NCBI GenBank assembly: GCA_964638585.1
Contig: CAZXAN010000001.1
Location: 23,454-87,453 of the forward strand
Reading direction: 5' to 3'
From: an uncultured Candidatus Saccharibacteria bacterium
Lineage (GTDB): Bacteria > Patescibacteriota > Minisyncoccia > Phycocordibacterales > Phycocordibacteraceae
Length of the DNA: 64,000 nucleotides
Shown here piece after piece: positions 1 through 7,842 of the stretch. The stretch's first letter is position 1. Each line of letters starts with the position of its first letter. Below the pieces are notes generated by a model that ran no database searches, was not told the DNA's origin, and saw only the letters and a program-made list of their open reading frames with translations. Both the position numbers and the translations under genes were made by a program.

Positions 1-987
1 CATATTATGAAAGACTCAATCCCGCGTTCTCTCGCTCTCGGTATGGGTTCTATCACTGCACTTTTCCTCACGTCGCTCGCTTCAAGAGTAGGCACTGGCT
101 CTGTATCTGTTTTTACACTTGCCAGCAATCTAGAAGCGGTACCTTTATCGTTAATCGGTGCTTCATATGCTGTAGCGGCGTTCCCAGCGCTCTCTGAAGC
201 ATCGGCGCTTAAGAATAAAGATGAGTTCACGCGCGTTCTCTCATCAAGCGCGCGCCACATAATCCTCTGGTCTGTCGTGGCTGTAGGGCTAATTGCAGTT
301 TTACGCGCTCACATAGTCCGAATTATTCTTGGTAGCGGTGCATTTGATTGGAACGCGACGCGTCTCACGGCAGCTCTGTTAATTGTTCTTGCTGTCGGCT
401 TAGTCGCGCAAGGCCTTGTTCTTTTATTTTCTCGTGCGCTCTATGCCGCTAAGCAAAGTTGGCGACCGTTCTTTTATCAGCTTGCCGGAGCAGTGTTTAC
501 TGTGACGCTCGCTATCACGTTCTTGTCTATGGAAAATACTGCCATGCATTCTTCAATAAATTCTCTCCTGCGAGTTAGCGATGTGAGCGGAACAGCCATA
601 ATCCTAATCGCGCTTGCTGCCGCTCTCGGTCACATATTCCTTGTACTACTCTCTCTCGTTGCTCTAAAGAACATCGCTCCAGGACTGTCTTCTGGGCTAG
701 TTCTCCCGTTACGAGACGGAATTATTTCTGCTGTTGTTGGTGGTATTGCAACGTATGTCACTCTCTCTCTTCTTGGCGGTATAGCACCGCTCACGACTCT
801 CGCATCTGTCTTAATACAAGGAGTCATAGCTGGAGCAGTTGGGTCCGCATTTGTTGGCCTAACATTGTACTTATTGAAGAACCAAGAGTTTCTTGTAATG
901 GCTGGAGCACTTGATAGATTATTGCATTTGAATAGCGGACGCTCAGCTGTTCTAGAGCCATCGGCCGAAGAGCCTAAACAACCATGA
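1..987 (+). CDS. murJ: MOP-superfamily flippase, MurJ/MviN-like, C-terminal part (5' end runs off the window)
   Basis: The ORF is open from the window edge. It encodes a polytopic membrane protein with many hydrophobic helices, and its C-terminal region resembles MurJ-type lipid II flippases. Its stop overlaps the lepA start (ATGA). Confidence 0.45.
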   Translation, partial: HIMKDSIPRSLALGMGSITALFLTSLASRVGTGSVSVFTLASNLEAVPLSLIGASYAVAAFPALSEASALKNKDEFTRVLSSSARHIILWSVVAVGLIAVLRAHIVRIILGSGAFDWNATRLTAALLIVLAVGLVAQGLVLLFSRALYAAKQSWRPFFYQLAGAVFTVTLAITFLSMENTAMHSSINSLLRVSDVSGTAIILIALAAALGHIFLVLLSLVALKNIAPGLSSGLVLPLRDGIISAVVGGIATYVTLSLLGGIAPLTTLASVLIQGVIAGAVGSAFVGLTLYLLKNQEFLVMAGALDRLLHLNSGRSAVLEPSAEEPKQP

Positions 988-2801
988 ACACAGAACACAT
1001 ACGAAATTTCTCTATAGTTGCGCATGTTGACCACGGTAAATCTACGCTTGCTGACCGGTTACTGGAGCGCACTGGCACTATCCCAGACAGACTTATGCGT
1101 GACCAATTTTTGGACAGAATGGATCTGGAGCGCGAGCGCGGTATCACGATTAAGATGCAACCAGTCCGGATGAAATATAAAGAGTACGTGATGAATCTAA
1201 TAGACACGCCAGGACACATAGACTTTTCATATGAAGTTTCGCGTGCATTAAAAGCAGTTGAGGGGGTGCTTTTGCTCGTTGACTCTACACAAGGTGTTCA
1301 GGCGCAGACTCTGACGACTCTCGGCGCAGCAAGGGCTGCAAATTGCACTATCATCCCTGTCGTCTCAAAGATAGATTCTCCCGCAGCGAGAGTTCATGAG
1401 GTGAGCGCGGAGCTGGCAAAACTTTTAAAAGTATCTGTAGACGATGTGATAGCTGTGTCAGGTAAGACAGGAGAAGGTGTTGAGGAATTGCTAGAGGCAA
1501 TAATTAAGCGTATACCGCCGCCGACAAGGTTAAACCTTGCGAATTCTAAAGGTTTAACCTTGTCGGCGGAGCCACGTGGAATTATTTTTGATTTCTCATA
1601 TTCAACACACAGAGGTATCGCAGTGTACTTGCGCGTCTTAGATGGCACGTTCAAAAAAGGTCAACAATTAAGATTCCATTCGGCTCATAATGAGTTTATT
1701 GCACTAGAAACAGGCATATTTGCCCCAGAAGAAAAGGCTTCAGAAGAGCTGTCTGCAGGCGAAATAGGATACATCGTGACCGGCATCAAAGAGCCAGGTA
1801 TCGTTGGGGTAGGTGACACCATAGGTGCTGTACATGGCAAGCTAGCAGCTCTAGATGGCTATGAGAAGCCTAGACCGGTCGTATGGGCGTCTGTGTATCC
1901 AGAAAATCAAGATGATTTGCCGTTACTAAGAAAATCTCTAGAGAGACTGCGTCTCTCGGATTCTTCACTCTCGTTTGAGGAGGAATCGTCCGGAGTCTTG
2001 GGTAGGGGATTCAGATGTGGTTTTTTGGGCCTTCTGCACCTAGAAATAATCACAGAACGTCTGCGACGCGAATATAGTTTAAAACTGGTTGTCACAATTC
2101 CCACTATTTCATACGTAGTCACTAGAACAAACGGAACGCGAGAAACCATATACACTCCGTCACGGTTTCCAGAGCACGGCGACATAGCGAAGATAGAAGA
2201 GCCGTGGGCTAGAGTCATCATCATCACGCCTCCGTCGGTCGTCAGTTCTCTGATTCAACTTCTCTATGATCACGAGGCAAATACTATGGCAACAGAGTCG
2301 TACCAAGATGGGAGAATAGAGATGACTATAGAGATGCCGCTTCGCGAGCTCATGCGCGGATTCTTTGATAAATTAAAAAACATTTCTTCTGGTTATGCGT
2401 CTCTCTCATATGAGATACTCCCAGAGCGCGAGGCAGATGTAGCGAGACTAGATGTGTTGGTGGCCGAAGAGCCGGTCGCCGCATTTGCGCGCGTGGTCGC
2501 GCGCAGAAGGATAGTAGAAGAGGGAGAAAAAATGGTAGAAAAATTGCACTCAATCCTGCCGAAACAGCTTTTCAATACAAAGATTCAAGCAAAAGTAGAA
2601 GGGAGAATAGTCTCGTCACGTACTCTCTCTGCAATGCGAAAAGACGTTACTGGTTACTTATATGGAGGAGACGTCTCGCGCAAAAACAAGTTGCTTGATA
2701 AACAGAAGCGCGGTAAGAAGAAAATGCTAGAAAGGGGAACGGGTAAAGTAAATATACCCGAAGACGTCTTTATGAAAATGGTGCAGTCTTCTTCAGAGTA
2801 G
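984..2801 (+). CDS. lepA: Translation elongation factor 4 (LepA/EF4)
   Basis: The N-terminus reads NFSIVAHVDHGKSTLADRLL, a G1 P-loop, followed by DTPGHIDF. A full EF-G-like domain order is present and the length is about 600 aa. Confidence 0.95.
   Translation: MNTEHIRNFSIVAHVDHGKSTLADRLLERTGTIPDRLMRDQFLDRMDLERERGITIKMQPVRMKYKEYVMNLIDTPGHIDFSYEVSRALKAVEGVLLLVDSTQGVQAQTLTTLGAARAANCTIIPVVSKIDSPAARVHEVSAELAKLLKVSVDDVIAVSGKTGEGVEELLEAIIKRIPPPTRLNLANSKGLTLSAEPRGIIFDFSYSTHRGIAVYLRVLDGTFKKGQQLRFHSAHNEFIALETGIFAPEEKASEELSAGEIGYIVTGIKEPGIVGVGDTIGAVHGKLAALDGYEKPRPVVWASVYPENQDDLPLLRKSLERLRLSDSSLSFEEESSGVLGRGFRCGFLGLLHLEIITERLRREYSLKLVVTIPTISYVVTRTNGTRETIYTPSRFPEHGDIAKIEEPWARVIIITPPSVVSSLIQLLYDHEANTMATESYQDGRIEMTIEMPLRELMRGFFDKLKNISSGYASLSYEILPEREADVARLDVLVAEEPVAAFARVVARRRIVEEGEKMVEKLHSILPKQLFNTKIQAKVEGRIVSSRTLSAMRKDVTGYLYGGDVSRKNKLLDKQKRGKKKMLERGTGKVNIPEDVFMKMVQSSSE
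1518..1569. repeat. Perfect inverted repeat inside lepA CDS (21-bp arms ccgccgacaaggttaaacctt, 10-nt spacer containing GAATTC)
   Basis: Read directly: arms 1518-1538 and 1549-1569 are exact reverse complements. The repeat encodes an extra segment (TRLNLANSKGLTLSAEP) between the G domain and domain II, relative to canonical LepA. Confidence 0.8.
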
Positions 2802-3090
2802 AGAGATCGCGTCGACCATCGAACACACGGAGTATTCGAATACTTTCTGAGTCCATTGCTTGTTCATAGAAAACGATCCACGGTTTCATCGTAAAGCTAC
2901 GCGGGTTCCCAGCGAGCTCTTTATGCGTTCGGCCGATATCTGGCCAGTGAGCGAGCAGGGTAAATAGATGGTAGAAGCGCGTGAGAATTTTTTCTGCCAG
3001 AGTATCGTCGCTGACGAGTTCTAGATATTTTGCGAGCAAAGCAAGGTCATTTGTTGCTTCCTCCGAAAGAACAAAGTACGGCTCGCGCAT
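2770..3090 (-). CDS. parE: Type II toxin, ParE/RelE family
   Basis: 106 aa with the ParE-like pattern (..KPWIVFYEQAMDSESIRILRVFDGRRD..). It sits immediately downstream of a small ORF in classic antitoxin-toxin order. Confidence 0.65.
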   Translation of the reverse strand: MREPYFVLSEEATNDLALLAKYLELVSDDTLAEKILTRFYHLFTLLAHWPDIGRTHKELAGNPRSFTMKPWIVFYEQAMDSESIRILRVFDGRRDLSTLKKTAPFS

Positions 3091-3099
3091 GTGCGGATA

Positions 3100-3324
3100 T
3101 TATTTTATAGCAATCGCTCGTCGGAACTCCGCGTGAGTGCGTATCGTGGTTTTCTTGCCTCGCCGAAGCGATGCTCGCGCCGCCTTGAGCGCAGTATCAA
3201 GTGCGCGGAGATTGCGTGTTACGAATCGGCTCGTGAACGCTCCGTCTGCAGACGCTCCACGTCCACTTCCGCGAAGGTCCTGCTGATTGTAAGTAAGTGT
3301 CTTCATATGCAGAAAGTATAGCAT
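3100..3324 (-). CDS. Putative antitoxin partner of the ParE-like toxin
   Basis: 74-aa basic ORF directly upstream of the toxin, with a 9-bp gap. The family is not recognised from sequence; the call rests on position only. Confidence 0.4.
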   Translation of the reverse strand: MLYFLHMKTLTYNQQDLRGSGRGASADGAFTSRFVTRNLRALDTALKAARASLRRGKKTTIRTHAEFRRAIAIK

Positions 3325-3409
3325 ACCCTACCAGGCAAGCGGCACCATCCCCGAAGACGTCTTTATGAAAATGGTGCAGGAATCCAGCAATTGAGCCATT
3401 TTTTGGCTA

Positions 3410-3438
3410 TTGACTTACAGATTAAGGCATGATATGAT
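3410..3438 (+). promoter_or_regulatory. Sigma-70-like promoter (TTGACT-17 nt-TATGAT) for the 3488 gene
   Basis: The -35 TTGACT (3410-3415) and -10 TATGAT (3433-3438) have exactly 17-nt spacing. An AAGGA Shine-Dalgarno lies about 10 nt before the ATG at 3488. Confidence 0.45.
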
Positions 3439-3487
3439 GAACTTAACTCGGAATGGTCCGAGCCTTGCACATTGAAAGGAACAGCTC

Positions 3488-4213
3488 ATGAAAAAGTATG
3501 AGACAGTCCAAAACCCGCTTAGCGCGGGAGAAATTCGTGATTTACACTTGGCGGTCCTCGCGCAAATGCCGCTCAATCTTGATTCGGCAAAAGTGCGTGC
3601 CGATCTAAAAAGCAAGACCGCACTTGGTCGCGACCTCGGGAAGTTCTTCCGTGACCGCTACGCTCTGCAGACACTCGTCGACACTGCCGCGTGGATTGAC
3701 TTCTATCGCCGGACTTTCGGCAAAGAAGTCGACCTGACCAATCTGCACGTGCCAGCTAAGCCAGAGTACGAGTGCTGGCCGATCGTCATTGTGCAAGGCA
3801 TCTCGAACAATGATGCTTTTGACGCTTGCAAGAAACAGTTCGGCAAGGCGTGGCGGTATGTGGACGACCTCAACACGGTCCGCGATATCGTGAAGCGCCC
3901 CGACGGAGCATACGTGGTCTGGGTTAAGGCGAATATCGAAGCTGATCCCGACTGCGCAAATGTTTCGGCGGACATGATCGAGAAGTGTGCGCTCAACACG
4001 CTCACGCTTCGCGAACGGCTCGTCCTTGAGCTTAAGTACTTCGATGAAACAAAGTCGCATCTCGACATCAAAAACTGGACACTCTGCGCGGGCTCTCGGG
4101 ATGCGGGCGGCGACGTCCCGCGCGTGGGCTGGGGCGGCGACGGGTTGGGCGTCTACTGGTGCGGCGTTGGCGGCGCCAGCCCGTACCTCCGTGCCCGTGC
4201 AGCAGTTTCCTAA
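3488..4213 (+). CDS. Hypothetical protein (GC-rich, Gly/Ala-rich low-complexity C-terminus)
   Basis: 241-aa ORF with a good promoter, Shine-Dalgarno and a strong intrinsic terminator. No family recognised. Its GC looks much higher than the neighbours by eye, and the antisense ORFs across it are shadow ORFs. Confidence 0.5.
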   Translation: MKKYETVQNPLSAGEIRDLHLAVLAQMPLNLDSAKVRADLKSKTALGRDLGKFFRDRYALQTLVDTAAWIDFYRRTFGKEVDLTNLHVPAKPEYECWPIVIVQGISNNDAFDACKKQFGKAWRYVDDLNTVRDIVKRPDGAYVVWVKANIEADPDCANVSADMIEKCALNTLTLRERLVLELKYFDETKSHLDIKNWTLCAGSRDAGGDVPRVGWGGDGLGVYWCGVGGASPYLRARAAVS

Positions 4214-4242
4214 CCCTTTGGTCTTTGGGCTTATGCCCTTCG

Positions 4243-4279
4243 GGCCGCATTGGTAATCCAATGCGGCCTGCTTCTTTTA
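4243..4279 (+). terminator. Rho-independent terminator
   Basis: An 11-bp stem (ggccgcattgg / ccaatgcggcc) with loop taat is followed by tgcttctttt. Confidence 0.6.
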
Positions 4280-4312
4280 TGATATGAATAATAATTTTGG
4301 TATAGTAACTCA

Positions 4313-4666
4313 ATGCGCGGGAGACAATTAAGACAGGGATTACTGATAGGGTTTTTGTTGCTCGTCGCAGGCTGGCTGATCTCGCTTATCTGGGGGCTCT
4401 CTGGCAAGGTACAAATAGCTGTCCAAGAGGCTCATAATGCAGAGAGGCAATATAAGGCGCTTGAGGAGCGCAAAGCGGTTCTGCAGGCGAATATTGCCGC
4501 GCTCGCGACTGAGCGAGGGCAGGATGCCGCCATTCGCACCGCTTTCGGGGTCGCGCGCCCCGGAGAAGAGGTTATCGTAGTTGTGCCACCAGAGCCTTCC
4601 ACTACGACACAGTCTCTTTCTTGGTGGCAGAAGATATTGAGTTGGTTCCCAGCCAAAAGCCCATAG
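4313..4666 (+). CDS. ftsB: Septum formation initiator (FtsB/DivIC-like)
   Basis: 117 aa with an N-terminal TM, a coiled-coil segment (QEAHNAERQYKALEERKAVLQANIAAL) and a short Pro/Thr-rich tail. This is the typical FtsB/DivIC architecture. Confidence 0.5.
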   Translation: MRGRQLRQGLLIGFLLLVAGWLISLIWGLSGKVQIAVQEAHNAERQYKALEERKAVLQANIAALATERGQDAAIRTAFGVARPGEEVIVVVPPEPSTTTQSLSWWQKILSWFPAKSP

Positions 4667-4718
4667 GGCATTTAGGCGGGCCCGCCCCAATGGCGCAACG
4701 CCTTTGGGCTGGGTTAAT

Positions 4719-4789
4719 GCGGAATTGGTTTAGTGGTAGAACAGATGCTTCCCAAGCATCGGGCGGGAGTTCGATTCTCCCATTCCGCA
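4719..4789 (+). tRNA. tRNA-Gly(CCC)
   Basis: Cloverleaf read by hand: acceptor GCGGAAT/ATTCCGC, D-arm GTTTAGTGGTAGAAC, anticodon stem GATGC/GCATC with loop TTCCCAA, T-arm GGGAGTTCGATTCTCCC. CCA is not encoded. Confidence 0.85.
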
Positions 4790-4937
4790 CACGGATAGAT
4801 AATGTGCCAGCCACGCAAGTTTTAACGCCAATACGTAAAATAGACTGTCTATGCAGGGTATTTCGTGTACTCAATAACGTGCCTACCAAGAAATTCCGTT
4901 CAGTTTATCCACAGACACAACGAGAATCGAACTTTCT

Positions 4938-4970
4938 GTAAAACAAAAGCACTGGTCGATAACCAGTGCT
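4938..4970 (-). terminator. Intrinsic terminator (hairpin agcactgg/ccagtgct)
   Basis: An 8-bp stem with a T-run on the minus strand (plus-strand A-run 4940-4948). It lies downstream of the minus-strand small gene ending at 4996 and also downstream of tRNA-Gly. Confidence 0.4.
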
Positions 4971-4995
4971 TTGGATGTGGATTCTATGATTCACC

Positions 4996-5235
4996 TTATT
5001 TTTCAGGAGATGAAGGCTCTTTCTTATTCTCCAGCGCCGCCAGCATAAGGATGGTCCCAATAAAGGTTACGACTATCCCGATGTATGGATGACCAGTGAA
5101 AAAAGCGATTCCCCCCAATATTAAGGTGGTCATGAGAACGATGAAGCCCCCGACTTCATTTTGGAAAGAGCGATCGTCACCGCTACACTTTTCTTCAGAT
5201 TGTTGCGTCATCATTTCCTCCGCATGGAACGTCAC
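4996..5235 (-). CDS. Small hypothetical membrane protein (2 predicted TM helices)
   Basis: 79-aa ORF with two hydrophobic helices and a terminator hairpin downstream. Confidence 0.35.
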   Translation of the reverse strand: MTFHAEEMMTQQSEEKCSGDDRSFQNEVGGFIVLMTTLILGGIAFFTGHPYIGIVVTFIGTILMLAALENKKEPSSPEK

Positions 5236-5424
5236 GGGAAAAGTCCTGTGATCGTTTGATACGGGGGAATAGCTTCTGTCTCTAAACTACGCTTGATTTG
5301 ATTACTGTCAAGGACGCCGACTAGGTGGATAACTCCTTGACATGGAAACAGGGCATGATAAGGTAAAGGAACAAATCGCCAAACGGCGTCCGAGAACGCC
5401 CACCGCAAGGTGGGCTTTCGCTTT

Positions 5425-5805
5425 CTAGAAGAGTTCGGTGTACTTGGTTCTCAGTTCTTTGAACTTTCCTCGACTCATACGTCCCAGTTTCCGCTGTAGT
5501 CTTTTGGCGCTCAGCAGTCGTCCTTGGCTCAAGATAACAGAGCCCGCAGTGTCATGCAGTGTGTGAGGGAAATAATACACACTGTCCTTTAGAGCCGAGG
5601 TCAGAGGAAGTCCTATGAAAATATCTTTGTTGAATTTTCTCAGCACGCATACTGGCCGCTCGAAGTTGTCGTTCTTTCCGTCTTCTTCATAACCGATATT
5701 GAGTCCAAGACTGCACCACCAAATATCTCTCTCACTAAATTGTGGAATTGTTTTCTTTGCTTCGATCTCTCCTTTCTGCGAGTGCCAAGCAGCATAATCT
5801 TTCAT
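5425..5805 (-). CDS. MazF/PemK-family toxin (mRNA interferase-like)
   Basis: RDIWWCSLGLNIG..ERPVCVLRKFNKDIFIGLPLTS matches the MazF/Kid beta-barrel core. The C-terminal segment QGRLLSAKRLQRKLGRM resembles the MazF C-terminal helix. No cognate antitoxin ORF of at least 60 aa lies upstream. Confidence 0.6.
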   Translation of the reverse strand: MKDYAAWHSQKGEIEAKKTIPQFSERDIWWCSLGLNIGYEEDGKNDNFERPVCVLRKFNKDIFIGLPLTSALKDSVYYFPHTLHDTAGSVILSQGRLLSAKRLQRKLGRMSRGKFKELRTKYTELF

Positions 5806-6223
5806 TACGCATCAGAATAGCAAGCTGATTGCGTATGTCGAGAGCCTAGTTGGTACATTCTCACCCCTGTACCTAGATCTTCTTGTCATATAGATTGGTA
5901 TGCATGCAAATCGACGACACAGACTTTAAAGAAATCCTCGAACTTCTTCCGCAGGAGAATCTTCCGTCTGATCCAGCTGAAGCTCGTAGGGCAGTCGAGA
6001 ATTTTGTTGACCTCGTTGAACTCTTAATGAGACCACTGCCACTTCCTCCTGCTGGGCCATCCGCACTCAGACAGCCTTCTTCAGATCTTCCGGAACAAGC
6101 GCCTGTATCTCTGCCACGTCCTCAATCAACTTCAGAATTTGAGGGTCGCGATTGATGTATCGGGTTCGAACGTCGTTGATGAGCCTGCACTCGTGTGATA
6201 TACTTACTAAAATAATAAAAAAT

Positions 6224-6466
6224 ATGGATAAAAACATCACCATTTACAGCACGCCGACTTGTCACTTCTGCCAGATGGCAAAGGACTTTTTAAAGGAGAA
6301 GGGCATCGGTTATACCGAGTTTAACGTCGCGAGCGACTTAGAAAAGCGCCAAGAGATGATACAGAAGTCTGGTCAAATGGGAGTACCGGTGATATTTGTT
6401 GGCGATGAGTTGATTGTCGGTTTTGACAAAGAGAGACTCTTCTCTCTGCTTGGCATAACCGCGTAG
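6224..6466 (+). CDS. Glutaredoxin-like protein (NrdH/YruB-type, CxxC = CHFC)
   Basis: The track ORF 6152..6466 probably starts at the internal Met (MDKNITIYSTPTCHFCQMAKDFL..). It has a CxxC thioredoxin-fold motif and is about 80 aa. Confidence 0.7.
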   Translation: MDKNITIYSTPTCHFCQMAKDFLKEKGIGYTEFNVASDLEKRQEMIQKSGQMGVPVIFVGDELIVGFDKERLFSLLGITA

Positions 6467-6472
6467 CGTTCG

Positions 6473-6544
6473 GCCCCCTTAGTTCAATGGATAGAACGGC
6501 TCACTCCTAACGAGCTGATTCAGGTTCGACTCCTGAGGGGGGCA
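6473..6544 (+). tRNA. tRNA-Arg(CCT)
   Basis: Acceptor GCCCCCT/GGGGGGC with a G-U at pair 7-66; D-stem GTTC/GAAC; anticodon loop CTCCTAA; T-arm TCAGGTTCGACTCCTGA. There is an A-C mismatch closing the anticodon stem. Confidence 0.75.
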
Positions 6545-6566
6545 CATGCTGTTATAATATTGACAT

Positions 6567-6839
6567 ATGGACCCTGAGATAAAACGTCAGCTTGAAGAGA
6601 TACACGCACTAGCCAAGGACAATCATCGTTTGCTTCGTTCTATGCGCAGACATCAGCTGTTCGGTACTATCGTGACGATTGTGTTCTGGCTCGTCATTCT
6701 TATCACCCCGTTCTACATCTATCAACAATATCTCCAACCTCTCGCCGCAAAATTTTCCGCGCCCAGCTCTGCGAATTCTGGAGGCCCTACTTTCCCAGAT
6801 ATTCAAAACCTGATAAACTCATTTAAAGCAGGGCAGTAG
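6567..6839 (+). CDS. Small hypothetical membrane protein
   Basis: 90-aa ORF between two tRNA genes with one clear TM helix. No family recognised. Confidence 0.35.
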   Translation: MDPEIKRQLEEIHALAKDNHRLLRSMRRHQLFGTIVTIVFWLVILITPFYIYQQYLQPLAAKFSAPSSANSGGPTFPDIQNLINSFKAGQ

Positions 6840-6848
6840 CCCCGTATT

Positions 6849-6921
6849 GCCTAGGTAGCTCAGCTAGTAGAGCATTCCCCTGAAGAGGGAAGGGTCATCA
6901 GTGCAAATCTGATCCTAGGCA
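6849..6921 (+). tRNA. tRNA-Phe(GAA)
   Basis: Acceptor GCCTAGG/CCTAGGC, D-arm GCTCAGCTAGTAGAGC, anticodon stem TTCCC/GGGAA with loop CTGAAGA, T-arm ATCAGTGCAAATCTGAT. Confidence 0.9.
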
Positions 6922-7051
6922 CAGATATGTATTGGGTACAAGTCGCAGTCCCCTTGTGGGGGAGCGGCAGGGCGAGGGTTTCGACATTGACTATAGACAT
7001 AGATATAGCGTATATTCAGCCTCGGACACATCATCTTATAGAGAGGGGCAA

Positions 7052-7777
7052 ATGGAAACCGAAGGAATTGAACGGTATTTGAAAGTAGAATTTCGAAACA
7101 AGAATCTGCTCACGCAGGCGCTTACTCATCGGTCGTACATCAACGAAAACCGTAAATGGCCAGTCCCTCACAACGAGCGATTGGAATTGCTCGGCGACGC
7201 AGTACTCGAGCTGATTGTTACCGAGTATCTGTTGAAAGCTTTCCCTAAAGAACCCGAGGGGAGGATTACAGAATTGCGATCTGCGCTGGTGTGTACCTCG
7301 ATGCTTTCTCAAGTTGCGGATGACTTACGCATATCCCGCTTCATGTTCCTCTCACGGGGACAGAAGAAAGACAACGAACGTGCACAGCAGAAAATTTATG
7401 CAGATGCGGTCGAAGCCATATTCGGAGCTCTCTATGTCGACCAGGGTATCGCTGAAGTAGAAAAGTTAGTTTCGCGTCTCATTCTGCGCGAGCTAATGGA
7501 CATAATCAAGGCAGGCACAAAACCTGCAAAAAGTTTGGTCCAAGAGTTTGCGCAGGAGCACTTCGGCGTGACCCCCAGTTATAAAACAATAGAAGCAACA
7601 GGCCCAGATCATGCGAAATGTTTCAGGGTCGCCATCTGTCTCGGGAACGACATCCTTACGTCCGCAGTAGGATTATCAAAGAGTGAAGCCGAGACTGAAG
7701 CTGCAAAGATTGGTTATACAGCATTACGATTCAAACTTCGCTCACGAGAGACAGAGGAAGAAGATATAGAGGAATAA
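7052..7777 (+). CDS. rnc: Ribonuclease III
   Basis: The RNase III signature NERLELLGDAVLELIVTEYL is followed by a C-terminal dsRBD. Start placed at METEGIERY, which has a GAGAGGGG Shine-Dalgarno; the track ORF begins upstream at 6932. Confidence 0.9.
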   Translation: METEGIERYLKVEFRNKNLLTQALTHRSYINENRKWPVPHNERLELLGDAVLELIVTEYLLKAFPKEPEGRITELRSALVCTSMLSQVADDLRISRFMFLSRGQKKDNERAQQKIYADAVEAIFGALYVDQGIAEVEKLVSRLILRELMDIIKAGTKPAKSLVQEFAQEHFGVTPSYKTIEATGPDHAKCFRVAICLGNDILTSAVGLSKSEAETEAAKIGYTALRFKLRSRETEEEDIEE

Positions 7778-7779
7778 TG

Positions 7780-7815
7780 CAAAACGACCGCGCCATAAGC
7801 GCGGTCGTACTTCTG
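7780..7815. terminator. Bidirectional intrinsic terminator (10-bp stem acgaccgcgc/gcgcggtcgt)
   Basis: A hairpin sits between the convergent rnc (+) and the 7843..8277 (-) gene. The plus strand has an A-run before it and a T-containing tail after it. Confidence 0.45.
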
Positions 7816-7842
7816 AAAGACGAAACAACTAGTTGGTGCGAG

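Larger units (their letters stand above)
2758..3379. mobile_element. Toxin-antitoxin cassette bounded by 30-bp direct repeats (2758-2787 and 3350-3379) that duplicate the lepA 3' end
   Basis: An identical 30-mer, cccgaagacgtctttatgaaaatggtgcag, occurs twice. Copy 1 forms the present lepA C-terminus (..PEDVFMKMVQSSSE*). Copy 2 is an orphan frame ending ..PEDVFMKMVQESSN*. A ParE-like toxin plus an upstream small ORF lie between the copies on the minus strand. Confidence 0.6.

Noticed and set aside
3605-4313. Long minus-strand and plus-strand ORFs (3605..4261, 3703..4071, 3987..4256, 4068..4313) overlapping the 3488..4213 gene
   Set aside because: They lie in a very GC-rich stretch where stop codons are rare. 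They are Arg/Ala/Pro-rich, lack a Shine-Dalgarno and lie antisense to a gene that has a promoter, Shine-Dalgarno and terminator. They are treated as shadow ORFs.
5883-6155. 90-aa plus-strand ORF upstream of the glutaredoxin gene
   Set aside because: Pro-rich, low-complexity, with no ribosome-binding site. It overlaps the likely 5' region of the glutaredoxin gene, whose conserved core starts at the internal Met at 6224.
6932-7051. N-terminal 40-codon extension of the rnc ORF
   Set aside because: The extension overlaps the tRNA-Phe region and lacks a Shine-Dalgarno. The canonical RNase III start, METEGIERY, has a GAGAGGGG Shine-Dalgarno.
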